Virus record (IMG/VR): IMGVR_UViG_3300035696_002405
Length of the DNA stretch: 64,000 nucleotides
Origin: an uncultured virus (IMG/VR IMGVR_UViG_3300035696_002405)
Lineage: Duplodnaviria > Heunggongvirae > Uroviricota > Caudoviricetes
Strand: one strand, 5' to 3'
A program made the translations under genes and the position numbers. The notes under the pieces are model-generated. The model ran no database searches and was not told the origin of the DNA. It was given only the letters and a program-made list of their open reading frames with translations. Shown one piece after another: positions 27,414 to 36,599 of the stretch (its first letter is position 1; each line of letters opens with the position of its first letter).

Positions 27414-30400
27414 CTACTGGACGATGATCGTGAGCTTGCCCAGCCCTGATCCGCCGCTGCCACCGGCGCCGCCGTTGTTCACGTTCGTGTTCGCTCCTGC
27501 TCCGCCGCCTCCACCCGCGCCCGTGTTCGCCGCGGGAGTACCGCCGGCGCCGCCGTCGGTCGCGCTCGTGGGGCCTCCGACGCCCCCGGTCCCGAACGGA
27601 CCGGGACCTCCGCCGCCGCCTGGTGCCCCTGCACCAGCGACTGGAGTCCCACCCGCCCCTCCCGTCCACATCACACCACCTCCCGTGACGCCGAACGAGA
27701 CAAGGCCGAACTGTCCCTGGAAACCAGGAACGCCACCGCCCGCGGCGGCCTGTCCGCCCGACGCTGGAAAACCGCTCGAGAAAGGCAGACCGCCGGAGTG
27801 CTGCGGGACGAGCGCAGGGTTCGGGCTCGGTGCAGCATAGAGCGCCTGCCCGGGGTAGCTCGCGCCGCCGCGTCCACCGGCGGCCTGGTCGAAGTATCCT
27901 CCGCTCGCCGCGTGGAGCGACGCGAGCACGGTGCTGGTCGAGAAATCGAGCGCGTAGGTCGGACCGCCGTCGTTGCCGATAGTCCCGTTCGGCGTTGCGG
28001 GCGTGCCTCCCGTCCCACCGGCTCCGCCCGCGCCGACGATGATGTCGAGGCGGTCGGCGAGGTTGTGGTCGAACGAGACGCTGTGGTAGAGCGCGCCGCC
28101 GCCCCCACCCGCACCGTTGCCAGCCGCGGCGCTCTGCCCGCCGCCCCCACCGCCACCTCCGCCGCAGCCATCGAGCATCATCCTCATGATGCCCGTCGTC
28201 GGGATCGTGCCAGCGGCCTGGAGCGACGAGAGGACGTTCGTCGCTGTCATGAGGAACGTGAGTTCGATCATGAGCGGCTGCACGACCGCTGGCGACGCGC
28301 CGTTCGTCTGGATGACGCTCGCGGGTCTGAGGCCGGCGATCCTCGCCGACGAACTGGCGCCGTCGAGGTTGATCTGGCCGACGCAGTTCGAGTTGCACCA
28401 GTCGAGCGCCGAAAGGTGTACGGCCGGCGTCGGCGCGGCCCAGAGCACGTGCACGTTCGTCGGCGAGAACGCGGAGCCGACTGCCGTGTTCTGGGCTAGC
28501 CACGTCGTCGATTGCGTCGCGCCGGCCGACGGTGCTGCTTGGATCGTCACCGTGCCACCGAGGAGCTGCGTGCCGCCGATCGTAAAGAGGAACTGCACGC
28601 CTTGTGCGAGACCGCCCCCGTAGACGAGGCAATCGTCGAGGGTCCAGTTGTCGACGCCGCCCGTGCCAGCTCCGATGAACTGGAAACCGACGCCGCCGCC
28701 GCCATTGAAGTTGACGTCGAAGAACGTGCCCTGGATCTGCTGGTTCGCAGACGCCGAGTAGTTGAGCGTGAGCTGATTCGAGAAGACGAGGTGGCTTGCC
28801 CAAAAGACGGAGAACCCCGACGCTGCGAACGACGGGTCGAGGCCGACTGCGCCCGCCGCCGCTGTGATCTCCGTCACTCCGTAGAAGCCGGAGGTGTTCG
28901 GTTGTCCCTGGATTGCGACCCACGGTTTGAAGTTGAACGCGCCCGCGTATTCGCCGGGCGCCACCTCTACGATGTAACGCTTGTTTGTCGTCGCATCGGT
29001 GATCGCGCTCAGGCCTTTCTGGATGCTCGCGAACGGGAAGTTCTGCGATCCGTTGCCGTTGACGTCGCTGCCTCCACTTTCGTTGACGTAGACGGTCTGG
29101 ATCGTCACGTTTGTCCCCGGATAGTTGTCCGGCAGGCCGTCGCCGGCGAACAAGATGTTCGTCGCAGCGTTCGTGAAGGCCACCCCCGGCGCGAGGACAG
29201 CCCCGGACGCGTTGGCGTTCGAGAACTGCGCTGTGGGCGCGTCGAAGTTCATCTCGAACCGGCCAGGTCCCTGGACCCACGTGGACGGGATTCCGCCTGA
29301 CGCGCTCTCGAAGATGCCCGACCGCGCGAAGACTTCGAGAACCGACGACGCCGCGGCGAGTTGGAACACGGCTGAAGCCGACTCGGCGATGATCGTGCCG
29401 AAGTCCTTCATGAGCACGTCGAGTTCGTTTCCCGCCGGCACGACGCACATCGGCTGCGTCGCCGTCGCGGCCGTGCCGAGGACCGCCCGGTCCTCGATGT
29501 AGAGCGTGGGGAACGGTGTCCCGAGGACGTTCGCGGTGTAGTCGAAGTCGATCGAGGGAACCGCGGTCGTCGGGTTTCCGATGACGCCGATCGTGCCCGA
29601 GAGCTTGTAGATGCCTTTGAGCGTCGCACCCGCGTCGATCTGGAGCTGCGAGAAGTTCTGGGCGTCCTGCCGGTACGGCCGGATCTCGAGCCGCCCGAAC
29701 CCATCAGTCACCCCGCTTGACGCGGGAACGTGTGCTGGCGCGGTCCCGTCGTCCACGTAGAGGATGAATTTGCCCGTCGTCCCCTGGGCGGAGTTCGCCG
29801 CGATGCTGTTATACGCTTTGATGAGAGCCGCCACCTCGGGCCACGTCGCCACGAAATCCCCCGACGACGCCACACCCGGTCGATAGATGATCGAGCCAAC
29901 GGTCTGCGGGTTCGAGCCGAAGGGGAAGAGCTGCGTCGTGCCCGTGAAGGCTGGCTGCGCCGGAAACACGAAGGGCGGCGACAGCTCGTTCGCCGTCGTC
30001 GTGTCGTAGAAAAAATTCAGGATTCCGACGCCCGACAGAAACCCGGAAGGTACGATGCTGCTCTCATACGCCGTCACGTTGAGTGTTGAAGTCGCTGTCG
30101 ACAGGTTGACGAGCGGGACTGCTGGCGCGTTGAGTTCGAGAAAAAATCCCCCGGCGCCGCCGAAGAAGTCCCACGTCGCGCCAAGCGGCACCACGATGCC
30201 CGGCTGGGTGGCCGTGGATGCATTCGAGAGGATCGCCTCGTTCTGGAGTTCAAGGAACGGACCATTCGCGGTCGCTGTCCAGTCGAGCGAGGGCGTCGCG
30301 CTCTGGCAGTTGGAGCGCAGTTCCATACCATTGACCGACATCAAGTTGCGGAGCGTCGCGCCATCCTCGACCTGCAGCACGGTGTAATTGATGGCGTCGA

Positions 30401-31376
30401 CTGCGAACGGACGAAGCTCGACGCGGCCCTCGCAGTCCGTGATCCCTGTCGCGCCGGGCACGAGTGCCGGAGAAACGACGCTGTCATCGACGTAGACGAT
30501 GACGGCGCCGTTCGTGCGCGCGACGACCGACTGAACTTCAGCCCACGTCGCCAGGAACATGCCCGACGACGCCACGCCGGGGCGATAAATCACCGCCCCT
30601 GCAGTCGTGACGATTTCGGCGGCAAGTTCATCGAGAGCTTGCGCGACTTGCGTGGGTGGTGTTGGCCAGTCCGCCGGAACCGCGGGCACGTATTCGACGA
30701 ACTGTGCCTTGTCGGTCGGCGTGAGCACGGTCGTCCCGGCGAAACCTGGATTTGTCGGGATTGTGCTGATGGACGCGTCGAACTTCAGGACGAAGGTTGT
30801 GCCGGCTACTCCAGTCACCACGTTGTTGCTGTTCGTGATGGATTGGACAACGAGAAACAGGATCGCCTGCGCCGGTGCCGCCGAGAGGTCGAGGAGCGGC
30901 CCCGGGCTCGGGATGAACGTCGCCCCGTCGATCAAAGCGAGGGCGATTTCGCCGCTCGCGTTTCGCACGCACGGCTGCGTCCCCGTGTTCTCGATCGTGG
31001 TGCCGTCCTGAAACAAGACGATCGCCCCGTCCGAGACCTGGAGGTTCGGCGCTGTAGTCGCCTGCGTGACGAGGATCAATGTCACGAAAGCCCGCGGGTT
31101 GAGCAGGACTGCGCCGTCGGGAACGGTCAGCGTCGACGGAGATGAAATCAGATTCGAGTTCACGCCCTGGAAGACGACCCGGTTCATACAGTCGGTGACC
31201 CCGGGTCCGACCACGGCGGGCGCGAGCGAGCTGTCCACGTAGACGATGACGGCGCCCTGGCGGAGCGCGATGAACGCCTGCACCTCCGTCCACGCCGTGA
31301 CGACAAGCCCGCCGGCGACGCCGCCGGGCCTGTAGATGATCGACGGAGACTTCGCGAGGATCGTGTCGTAGCTCAT
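27414..31376 (-). CDS. Large modular spike/fibre-like protein with three copies of the shared module
   Basis: 1320 aa; three IYRPG..WxEV..YVD modules; middle region closely similar to 24919..27393; Gly-rich C-domain. Confidence 0.85.
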   Translation of the reverse strand: MSYDTILAKSPSIIYRPGGVAGGLVVTAWTEVQAFIALRQGAVIVYVDSSLAPAVVGPGVTDCMNRVVFQGVNSNLISSPSTLTVPDGAVLLNPRAFVTLILVTQATTAPNLQVSDGAIVLFQDGTTIENTGTQPCVRNASGEIALALIDGATFIPSPGPLLDLSAAPAQAILFLVVQSITNSNNVVTGVAGTTFVLKFDASISTIPTNPGFAGTTVLTPTDKAQFVEYVPAVPADWPTPPTQVAQALDELAAEIVTTAGAVIYRPGVASSGMFLATWAEVQSVVARTNGAVIVYVDDSVVSPALVPGATGITDCEGRVELRPFAVDAINYTVLQVEDGATLRNLMSVNGMELRSNCQSATPSLDWTATANGPFLELQNEAILSNASTATQPGIVVPLGATWDFFGGAGGFFLELNAPAVPLVNLSTATSTLNVTAYESSIVPSGFLSGVGILNFFYDTTTANELSPPFVFPAQPAFTGTTQLFPFGSNPQTVGSIIYRPGVASSGDFVATWPEVAALIKAYNSIAANSAQGTTGKFILYVDDGTAPAHVPASSGVTDGFGRLEIRPYRQDAQNFSQLQIDAGATLKGIYKLSGTIGVIGNPTTAVPSIDFDYTANVLGTPFPTLYIEDRAVLGTAATATQPMCVVPAGNELDVLMKDFGTIIAESASAVFQLAAASSVLEVFARSGIFESASGGIPSTWVQGPGRFEMNFDAPTAQFSNANASGAVLAPGVAFTNAATNILFAGDGLPDNYPGTNVTIQTVYVNESGGSDVNGNGSQNFPFASIQKGLSAITDATTNKRYIVEVAPGEYAGAFNFKPWVAIQGQPNTSGFYGVTEITAAAGAVGLDPSFAASGFSVFWASHLVFSNQLTLNYSASANQQIQGTFFDVNFNGGGGVGFQFIGAGTGGVDNWTLDDCLVYGGGLAQGVQFLFTIGGTQLLGGTVTIQAAPSAGATQSTTWLAQNTAVGSAFSPTNVHVLWAAPTPAVHLSALDWCNSNCVGQINLDGASSSARIAGLRPASVIQTNGASPAVVQPLMIELTFLMTATNVLSSLQAAGTIPTTGIMRMMLDGCGGGGGGGGGQSAAAGNGAGGGGGALYHSVSFDHNLADRLDIIVGAGGAGGTGGTPATPNGTIGNDGGPTYALDFSTSTVLASLHAASGGYFDQAAGGRGGASYPGQALYAAPSPNPALVPQHSGGLPFSSGFPASGGQAAAGGGVPGFQGQFGLVSFGVTGGGVMWTGGAGGTPVAGAGAPGGGGGPGPFGTGGVGGPTSATDGGAGGTPAANTGAGGGGGAGANTNVNNGGAGGSGGSGLGKLTIIVQ

Positions 31377-31410
31377 ATGTTCACCCGCTCAGAAGACATG
31401 CTCAGCCTGC

Positions 31411-33015
31411 TCATGGTTGGTATGACGAAGTGATTCGGCCAGAACCGCCGCTTCCGCCTGATGATCCGGGCCCCGGTGTCAGCGGGGACAAAGCGGCGCC
31501 TGCGCCGCCTCCCCCACCGCCACCGGAACCAAGGGCGGGGGCCGAGCCGTTCGTGGTTACTCCGCCGACGCAGTTGCCGCCATTTCCGCCGTTGCCGAAC
31601 GGTCCCTGGCCTCCTCCGCCTCCGCCTCCGCCCTGGGTCGCGTCGCCGCTCGTGCCGCCGGTGCCTGGGAGCCAGACCGGCGATAGCGCGGGCGGCCCCA
31701 GCGGTGCACCGATGGAGACGGCGTTCGCGACGCCTGGGCTGCCGGCGGTTCCCGGTCCGCCGCCGATACCGCCTGCTCCCACGAATCCAGTCCCGCCCGC
31801 GTACTGCTGGCCGGAGATGTTCGAACCACCCTGGGTGATCACGAGTATGCCTCCGCTCGTGGAGACTCCGCCCGTCCCGCCGCTCGCGCCGAGGAACGCG
31901 CAGAGCACGACGTTGGTCACTGCGTCGATGACGTAGGTCGGACCGCCGTCGCCGCCGTTCGCACCCGCGCCGCCTCCCCCGCTGCCGCCCACGCCGCCCA
32001 GACCTCCGACGTCGACCACCACATTGATCTGGTGCGAGAAGTCGACGTCAACGGTGACCTCTTGGTACGCCGCGGCTCCGCCGGCGGCGCCGCCCGATCC
32101 CGGATCCGAAGCTGTGCCGCCGGAGCCGCCGCCCCCTCCGCCGCCGCCGCCGCAGCCCCTGAAGGTGACCGGTCTCACGCCCGTCTTGGGCCCAGACTGA
32201 AAGATGTTGGCCGTCGTCGCCGTGAAAGTCTGCTCGATTGGCGATACCCAGTCTTGAAAGGCGTCGTACGTGCCCGTGAAGGCCGGGATCAACGGCGCTA
32301 CGCCGGGCGGCGTGAAAAAGGAAGCCGAAGAGTCGTCGTAGGTGAGTTCAATCGTCCCTGACCCTGAGGCGAAGTTCGGGAAGACGTCGGAGTTGTTGTA
32401 CGATGTGATCGCGAACGTTGCTGTCGCGGGCACTGCGATCGGCGGCACGACCGGGTTTGTGAAGTCCTGGCCGGCGATGATCGAACCGTTGTCGACCGTG
32501 ATCAGCATCTGAGTGCCGGCGGGAACGACGATCCCGGGCTGCGTAGCCGTCGTCGCCTGCGACAGATAGCCGAACTGCCAGAGCATCAGGAACCCGCCCG
32601 TCGGCGTCCCGGTCCACGTGAGACTCGGCGTCGCCGATTGGCAGTTCATGCGAAGCTCGAGATCCGTGACCTGGTAGAGGTTGTCGAGCGTCGCGCCGTC
32701 CTGGATCTCGAGCACGGAGAAATTGACCGAGTCGATCTTGAAAGGACGAAGCTCCACGCGACCGAAGCACTCCGTCACCCCCGTGGCGCCCGGGATCGGC
32801 GCGGGCGACACGACCGAGTCGTCCACGTACACGACGCACTTGCCATGGGAAGCCGCGATCACAACCTGGACTTCGGGCCATGTCGCGACGGAGTCGCCGG
32901 CGGAGGCGACGCCCGGCTTGTAGATCACGGACCCCATGCTCTTCGGCGCGGAAGGTCCGGGCTCCCACTCGGGGCCCACGTAGATCGGGACGTCGCCGGG
33001 ATTGGGGGCCGCCAT
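31411..33015 (-). CDS. Modular spike/fibre-like protein with Gly-rich C-domain
   Basis: VIYKPG..TWPEV..YVDDS module; GCGGGGGGGGG domain. Confidence 0.8.
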   Translation of the reverse strand: MAAPNPGDVPIYVGPEWEPGPSAPKSMGSVIYKPGVASAGDSVATWPEVQVVIAASHGKCVVYVDDSVVSPAPIPGATGVTECFGRVELRPFKIDSVNFSVLEIQDGATLDNLYQVTDLELRMNCQSATPSLTWTGTPTGGFLMLWQFGYLSQATTATQPGIVVPAGTQMLITVDNGSIIAGQDFTNPVVPPIAVPATATFAITSYNNSDVFPNFASGSGTIELTYDDSSASFFTPPGVAPLIPAFTGTYDAFQDWVSPIEQTFTATTANIFQSGPKTGVRPVTFRGCGGGGGGGGGSGGTASDPGSGGAAGGAAAYQEVTVDVDFSHQINVVVDVGGLGGVGGSGGGGAGANGGDGGPTYVIDAVTNVVLCAFLGASGGTGGVSTSGGILVITQGGSNISGQQYAGGTGFVGAGGIGGGPGTAGSPGVANAVSIGAPLGPPALSPVWLPGTGGTSGDATQGGGGGGGGQGPFGNGGNGGNCVGGVTTNGSAPALGSGGGGGGGAGAALSPLTPGPGSSGGSGGSGRITSSYQP

Positions 33016-35079
33016 CTATGAACCTGCCTGGTTGGTGAGGGATCCTCCACCGACGTTGATCGCGAGGCCGCCGAAGCCGCCGGACGCGAACGGCAGGTCG
33101 AGGTTCGCCGCCGTGAGCGGGATGAGCGTGGACCAGAGTCCCGACGTCGGGTCGAACGACACGACGCTCGACTGCTGGTTGATCTGGATGGAGCCGATGT
33201 TGCCGAACGTGAGGACGCCGCCGCCGGCCGCAGGGTTGTAGAAGATACGCGACATGCCCGTGACGCCGATCGTTCCGGGGCCCCAAGGTCCGGAGAGCCC
33301 AAGGAGGCCGTCGACTGCGCGGAATCCCTGGTTGCCTCCTAGACGGACGTCCATCCCAGTGTCGATGTAGAAGATGCCCTGGTTCGGGAGGCTGCTCGCC
33401 GACTCGAAGCGCGTGAACTCGATGTTCGCGTGCGACGTGCCACCGATGATCGCGTCGAGATCGAAACAGAACGCTGCGTTCGTGCCGAACGATGAGACGA
33501 TCGCCCCTCCCCAGAAGAAGCTCTCCATGTTCGAGCCCGTGGCCGCGAAGACGTCCGCGCCGCAGAAGCAGTTCCACCAGATGTCCAGGAAATCGTTGAA
33601 GACCGACTCGTCGACGACTGCCGACGTGTAATTGACGAGCGTCTGGGCAACGTCGGTGCCGATGTACGTCTCGGAGTTCTCGTCGCCGTTCGACGAGAAC
33701 GCCGTCAGCGTCCGGAGCTGGATCGGCATCGGGAAGTTCGGCGCGACGTACTCGGCGGTCACGTCGGCCCCGGCGCGCACAAGGTTGATTCCTACCGGTG
33801 CGTAGAGGACAAACGTGTCGCCGTTCGCCCACGTGTCCACCTCGGATGGAATCGTCGTCTCGTCGATCGGCGTCGGGGCTCCCGTGAGCGGCTGTGTGAT
33901 CGCGAAGACTGTCCCGGAGACGTTCTTGTAGACGAACGCCCACGAGTCCTTGCCGGCCGTCGTGTTGTGAACGATCTGCCCCGGTGTCGCCGCGAACCCG
34001 AGGTCGGCCTGGAGAAGCTGCTTCGTCGCGCGGTTCTTCGGGACGACGCCCGCGAGCGCCCCCGTGTGGACCTCTTGCGCCGGACCGAGCGTTCCCTGGA
34101 TCGTCGCGACGGCGCCGACCATGATCGGCGTGAAGACCACCGGGTCGGCGTCGTTCGCTGGCTGCGAGCTAAGCCAGGTGAGCGTCGTGTTCTGCCGGAG
34201 CATCGGCGAGTACGTTCCCCATTTCTGCGCGACGCCGAAGTTGTACGAGAGGACTGGGTGCAGAGCGTCGGCGCCGCTGTTGTCGTCGGCGGCAAGTCCG
34301 GTGGAGTTCGCCGGGTCGATGAAGAACGCTGCCTGCGACCAGGGACCGGGGCTCGGGAACGTGCTGTCGAGGTTGTCGGCTACATATGGACCCGTGAGGA
34401 GCGGCAATGGGGGCGGTACGCCCGCGACCGGGGAGAACGAGTTCCCCGTGACGTTGTCGTATTCGAGCCTCACGGTGCCGGGGCCCTCGGCATACCCAGC
34501 CGTGAACGTCGAGCCGTTGAGACCCAGGACAAGAAGAAGCGCCGTCGGGTCGCTCACATTCACGAGCGGAACCGCGGGCGCGCGACCAATGATGAACGAG
34601 AGGCTGTTGACGAACAGCGTGACTTGCTTGCCCGCTGCGATGAAGATGATGGGTTCGGTAGCCGTCGCGGCATTCGACAAGGCCGCCTGGTTGATGATGT
34701 TGAGCACGCCACCACCCGACGTGACCGTCCACGCGAGGCTCGGCACGAGCGACTGCGCGTTGCAGCGAAGCTCGAGCGCGCTCACCGTGGTCAGGTTCTG
34801 GAGCGTCGCGCCGGGCTCAATCTGCAAAACGGTGACCGCGTTGGGGTCTATCGCGTAGGGTCGGATCTCGACGCGCCCGAAGCATTCGGTAACGCCCGTC
34901 GCGCCCGGCACGAGCGCCGGCGACACGATCGAGTCATCGACGTACACGACGACTGCGCCTTCACGCAGCGCGATGAACGCCTGCACCTCCGCCCACGTCG
35001 TAACGACGAGCCCACCGGCGACGCCGCCTGGCCGGTAGATGATGCTCGGGCTCTTCGCCAGGATCGTGTCGTAGCTCAT
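33016..35079 (-). CDS. Modular spike/fibre-like protein
   Basis: MSYDTILAKSPSII module; FFIDPANSTG..DDNSG..P motif; distinct beta-rich C-half. Confidence 0.8.
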   Translation of the reverse strand: MSYDTILAKSPSIIYRPGGVAGGLVVTTWAEVQAFIALREGAVVVYVDDSIVSPALVPGATGVTECFGRVEIRPYAIDPNAVTVLQIEPGATLQNLTTVSALELRCNAQSLVPSLAWTVTSGGGVLNIINQAALSNAATATEPIIFIAAGKQVTLFVNSLSFIIGRAPAVPLVNVSDPTALLLVLGLNGSTFTAGYAEGPGTVRLEYDNVTGNSFSPVAGVPPPLPLLTGPYVADNLDSTFPSPGPWSQAAFFIDPANSTGLAADDNSGADALHPVLSYNFGVAQKWGTYSPMLRQNTTLTWLSSQPANDADPVVFTPIMVGAVATIQGTLGPAQEVHTGALAGVVPKNRATKQLLQADLGFAATPGQIVHNTTAGKDSWAFVYKNVSGTVFAITQPLTGAPTPIDETTIPSEVDTWANGDTFVLYAPVGINLVRAGADVTAEYVAPNFPMPIQLRTLTAFSSNGDENSETYIGTDVAQTLVNYTSAVVDESVFNDFLDIWWNCFCGADVFAATGSNMESFFWGGAIVSSFGTNAAFCFDLDAIIGGTSHANIEFTRFESASSLPNQGIFYIDTGMDVRLGGNQGFRAVDGLLGLSGPWGPGTIGVTGMSRIFYNPAAGGGVLTFGNIGSIQINQQSSVVSFDPTSGLWSTLIPLTAANLDLPFASGGFGGLAINVGGGSLTNQAGS

Positions 35080-35086
35080 CGACCTC

Positions 35087-36583
35087 CTAGATCATGACGA
35101 TGCACTGAATGCGACCCGAGCCCCCAGACCCTCCGAGACCGCCCGCGTCCGCTAGGCCAGTCCCGCCTCCGCCGCCGCCTCCGCCAGCTCCCGACGTCGC
35201 TCCCGCTGGCTGGCCAGGTTGCCCGGGCGAACCAGAGTTGCCCGCATTTCCGCCGTTGCCGTACACGCCCGCGCCGCCGCCGCCGCCCCACGCGCCGCCG
35301 CCAGGCGCAAAGAGGCTACCGACGGCGACCGGAACGTTGAACGCGATCGTGTTGTTGTAGCCGTCCTGGACGCCAGACGCGGTCGCCGGCGCGCCGCCGT
35401 CGCCGCCGCTTCCCGGCGTCGTCAGCGCGGTCTGGTTCGCGATCGGTTGGACCCACGGTCCCCCAGGGACCGGGTTCGCGCCCGTGGTGCCGCCGCCGAG
35501 ACCAGGACCCGCGCCTGCGAAGGCGACGAGCGTCACGTTGAGCACCGTGTCGAAGAGGCTCGTGAAGCCGCCACCGGCACCCGATGTTCCGGTGCCACCG
35601 CCAGCCAATCCTCCAGATCCTCCGTTGCCGCCCGCGCCGATCGTGAGCGTAATCGGGTGCGAGAGATCAACTTGGATGATTGCTTGTCCGAACGGTGCGG
35701 CGCCGCCGCCGCCACCACCTCCACCCGTCGCAACTCCGCCTCCTTGACCTCCGCCTCCGCCGCCGCCGCCGCCGACGCCGGAGATCGCCATGGTCACGAC
35801 GCCGAGGTTCGCGTATGCGGCGAACGCGTTCGGGTACGTTCCCGCCGCGGCCGGGACCGTGAGGACGATGTTGGAGCCCGTCTGGTCTTGGTTCGTGATG
35901 CCGTAAGTGCCCGTGAGCGCGGGGTTCACCGGCGCGACGCCCGTGATCGGAAAGCGCGCAGCGGTCGCGTTGTCGTACGTGAGCGAGGCGCTACCCGAAC
36001 CCGAGACGAAGTTGTTCTGGATGACCGAGCCGTTGTAGGCGGCGATGTTGAAGCTCGACGTCGCCGTGGGCAGAGACGCGAACGACTGCGCGCCCTGGAT
36101 GAGAAGCTCCGATCCGAAGAAGTTCCCCGTGACGACGTTCCCGGCGGCGACGGTGAGCGGCGCCTGCGACGCCGTTGGTAGAACTTCCACGATGCCGCCA
36201 TCCACGACCGAGAAGGACGCGGCCGCAGAGGTGAACGACAAACTCGGCGTCGCTCCTTGAGGATTCAACGCGAGTGCGACCGGACCCTCGATCGAACCGA
36301 GGTCCTGGAGCTGCGCGCCGCTGTCCACGATGAGCGTGTTCGGTGTCGACGACTTCGGCAGCGCGGGCGCGATGACGACTCGACCGAAGCAGTTCGTGAC
36401 ACCGGAAGCGGCCGGCACGTGCGCAGGCGCAATGCTGTCGTCGACGATGACGGTGCACGCGCCCTGCCTGAGGGAGATGAAGGCCTGCACCTCCGCCCAC
36501 GTCGTGACCGTGATACCAGAGGGCGCACCACCGGGTTGGTAGATGATGCTCGGCGACTTCGCGAGAATCGTGTCGAAGCTCAT
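35087..36583 (-). CDS. Modular spike/fibre-like protein with Gly-rich C-domain
   Basis: MSFDTILAKSPSII module; GVGGGGGGGGG domain. Confidence 0.8.
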   Translation of the reverse strand: MSFDTILAKSPSIIYQPGGAPSGITVTTWAEVQAFISLRQGACTVIVDDSIAPAHVPAASGVTNCFGRVVIAPALPKSSTPNTLIVDSGAQLQDLGSIEGPVALALNPQGATPSLSFTSAAASFSVVDGGIVEVLPTASQAPLTVAAGNVVTGNFFGSELLIQGAQSFASLPTATSSFNIAAYNGSVIQNNFVSGSGSASLTYDNATAARFPITGVAPVNPALTGTYGITNQDQTGSNIVLTVPAAAGTYPNAFAAYANLGVVTMAISGVGGGGGGGGGQGGGVATGGGGGGGGAAPFGQAIIQVDLSHPITLTIGAGGNGGSGGLAGGGTGTSGAGGGFTSLFDTVLNVTLVAFAGAGPGLGGGTTGANPVPGGPWVQPIANQTALTTPGSGGDGGAPATASGVQDGYNNTIAFNVPVAVGSLFAPGGGAWGGGGGAGVYGNGGNAGNSGSPGQPGQPAGATSGAGGGGGGGGTGLADAGGLGGSGGSGRIQCIVMI

Positions 36584-36599
36584 GACGGATCCTCGCTGG

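Noticed and set aside
27394..29448. N-terminal 685 aa of the 1509 aa ORF 24919..29448
   Set aside because: Out-of-frame overlap with 27414..31376; the real start is the paralogous MSFDTILAKS at 27393.
24919..36583. PE-PGRS or collagen assignment for the Gly-rich regions
   Set aside because: No PE domain and no Gly-X-Y periodicity; the pattern fits the Gly-rich domains seen in phage fibre proteins.
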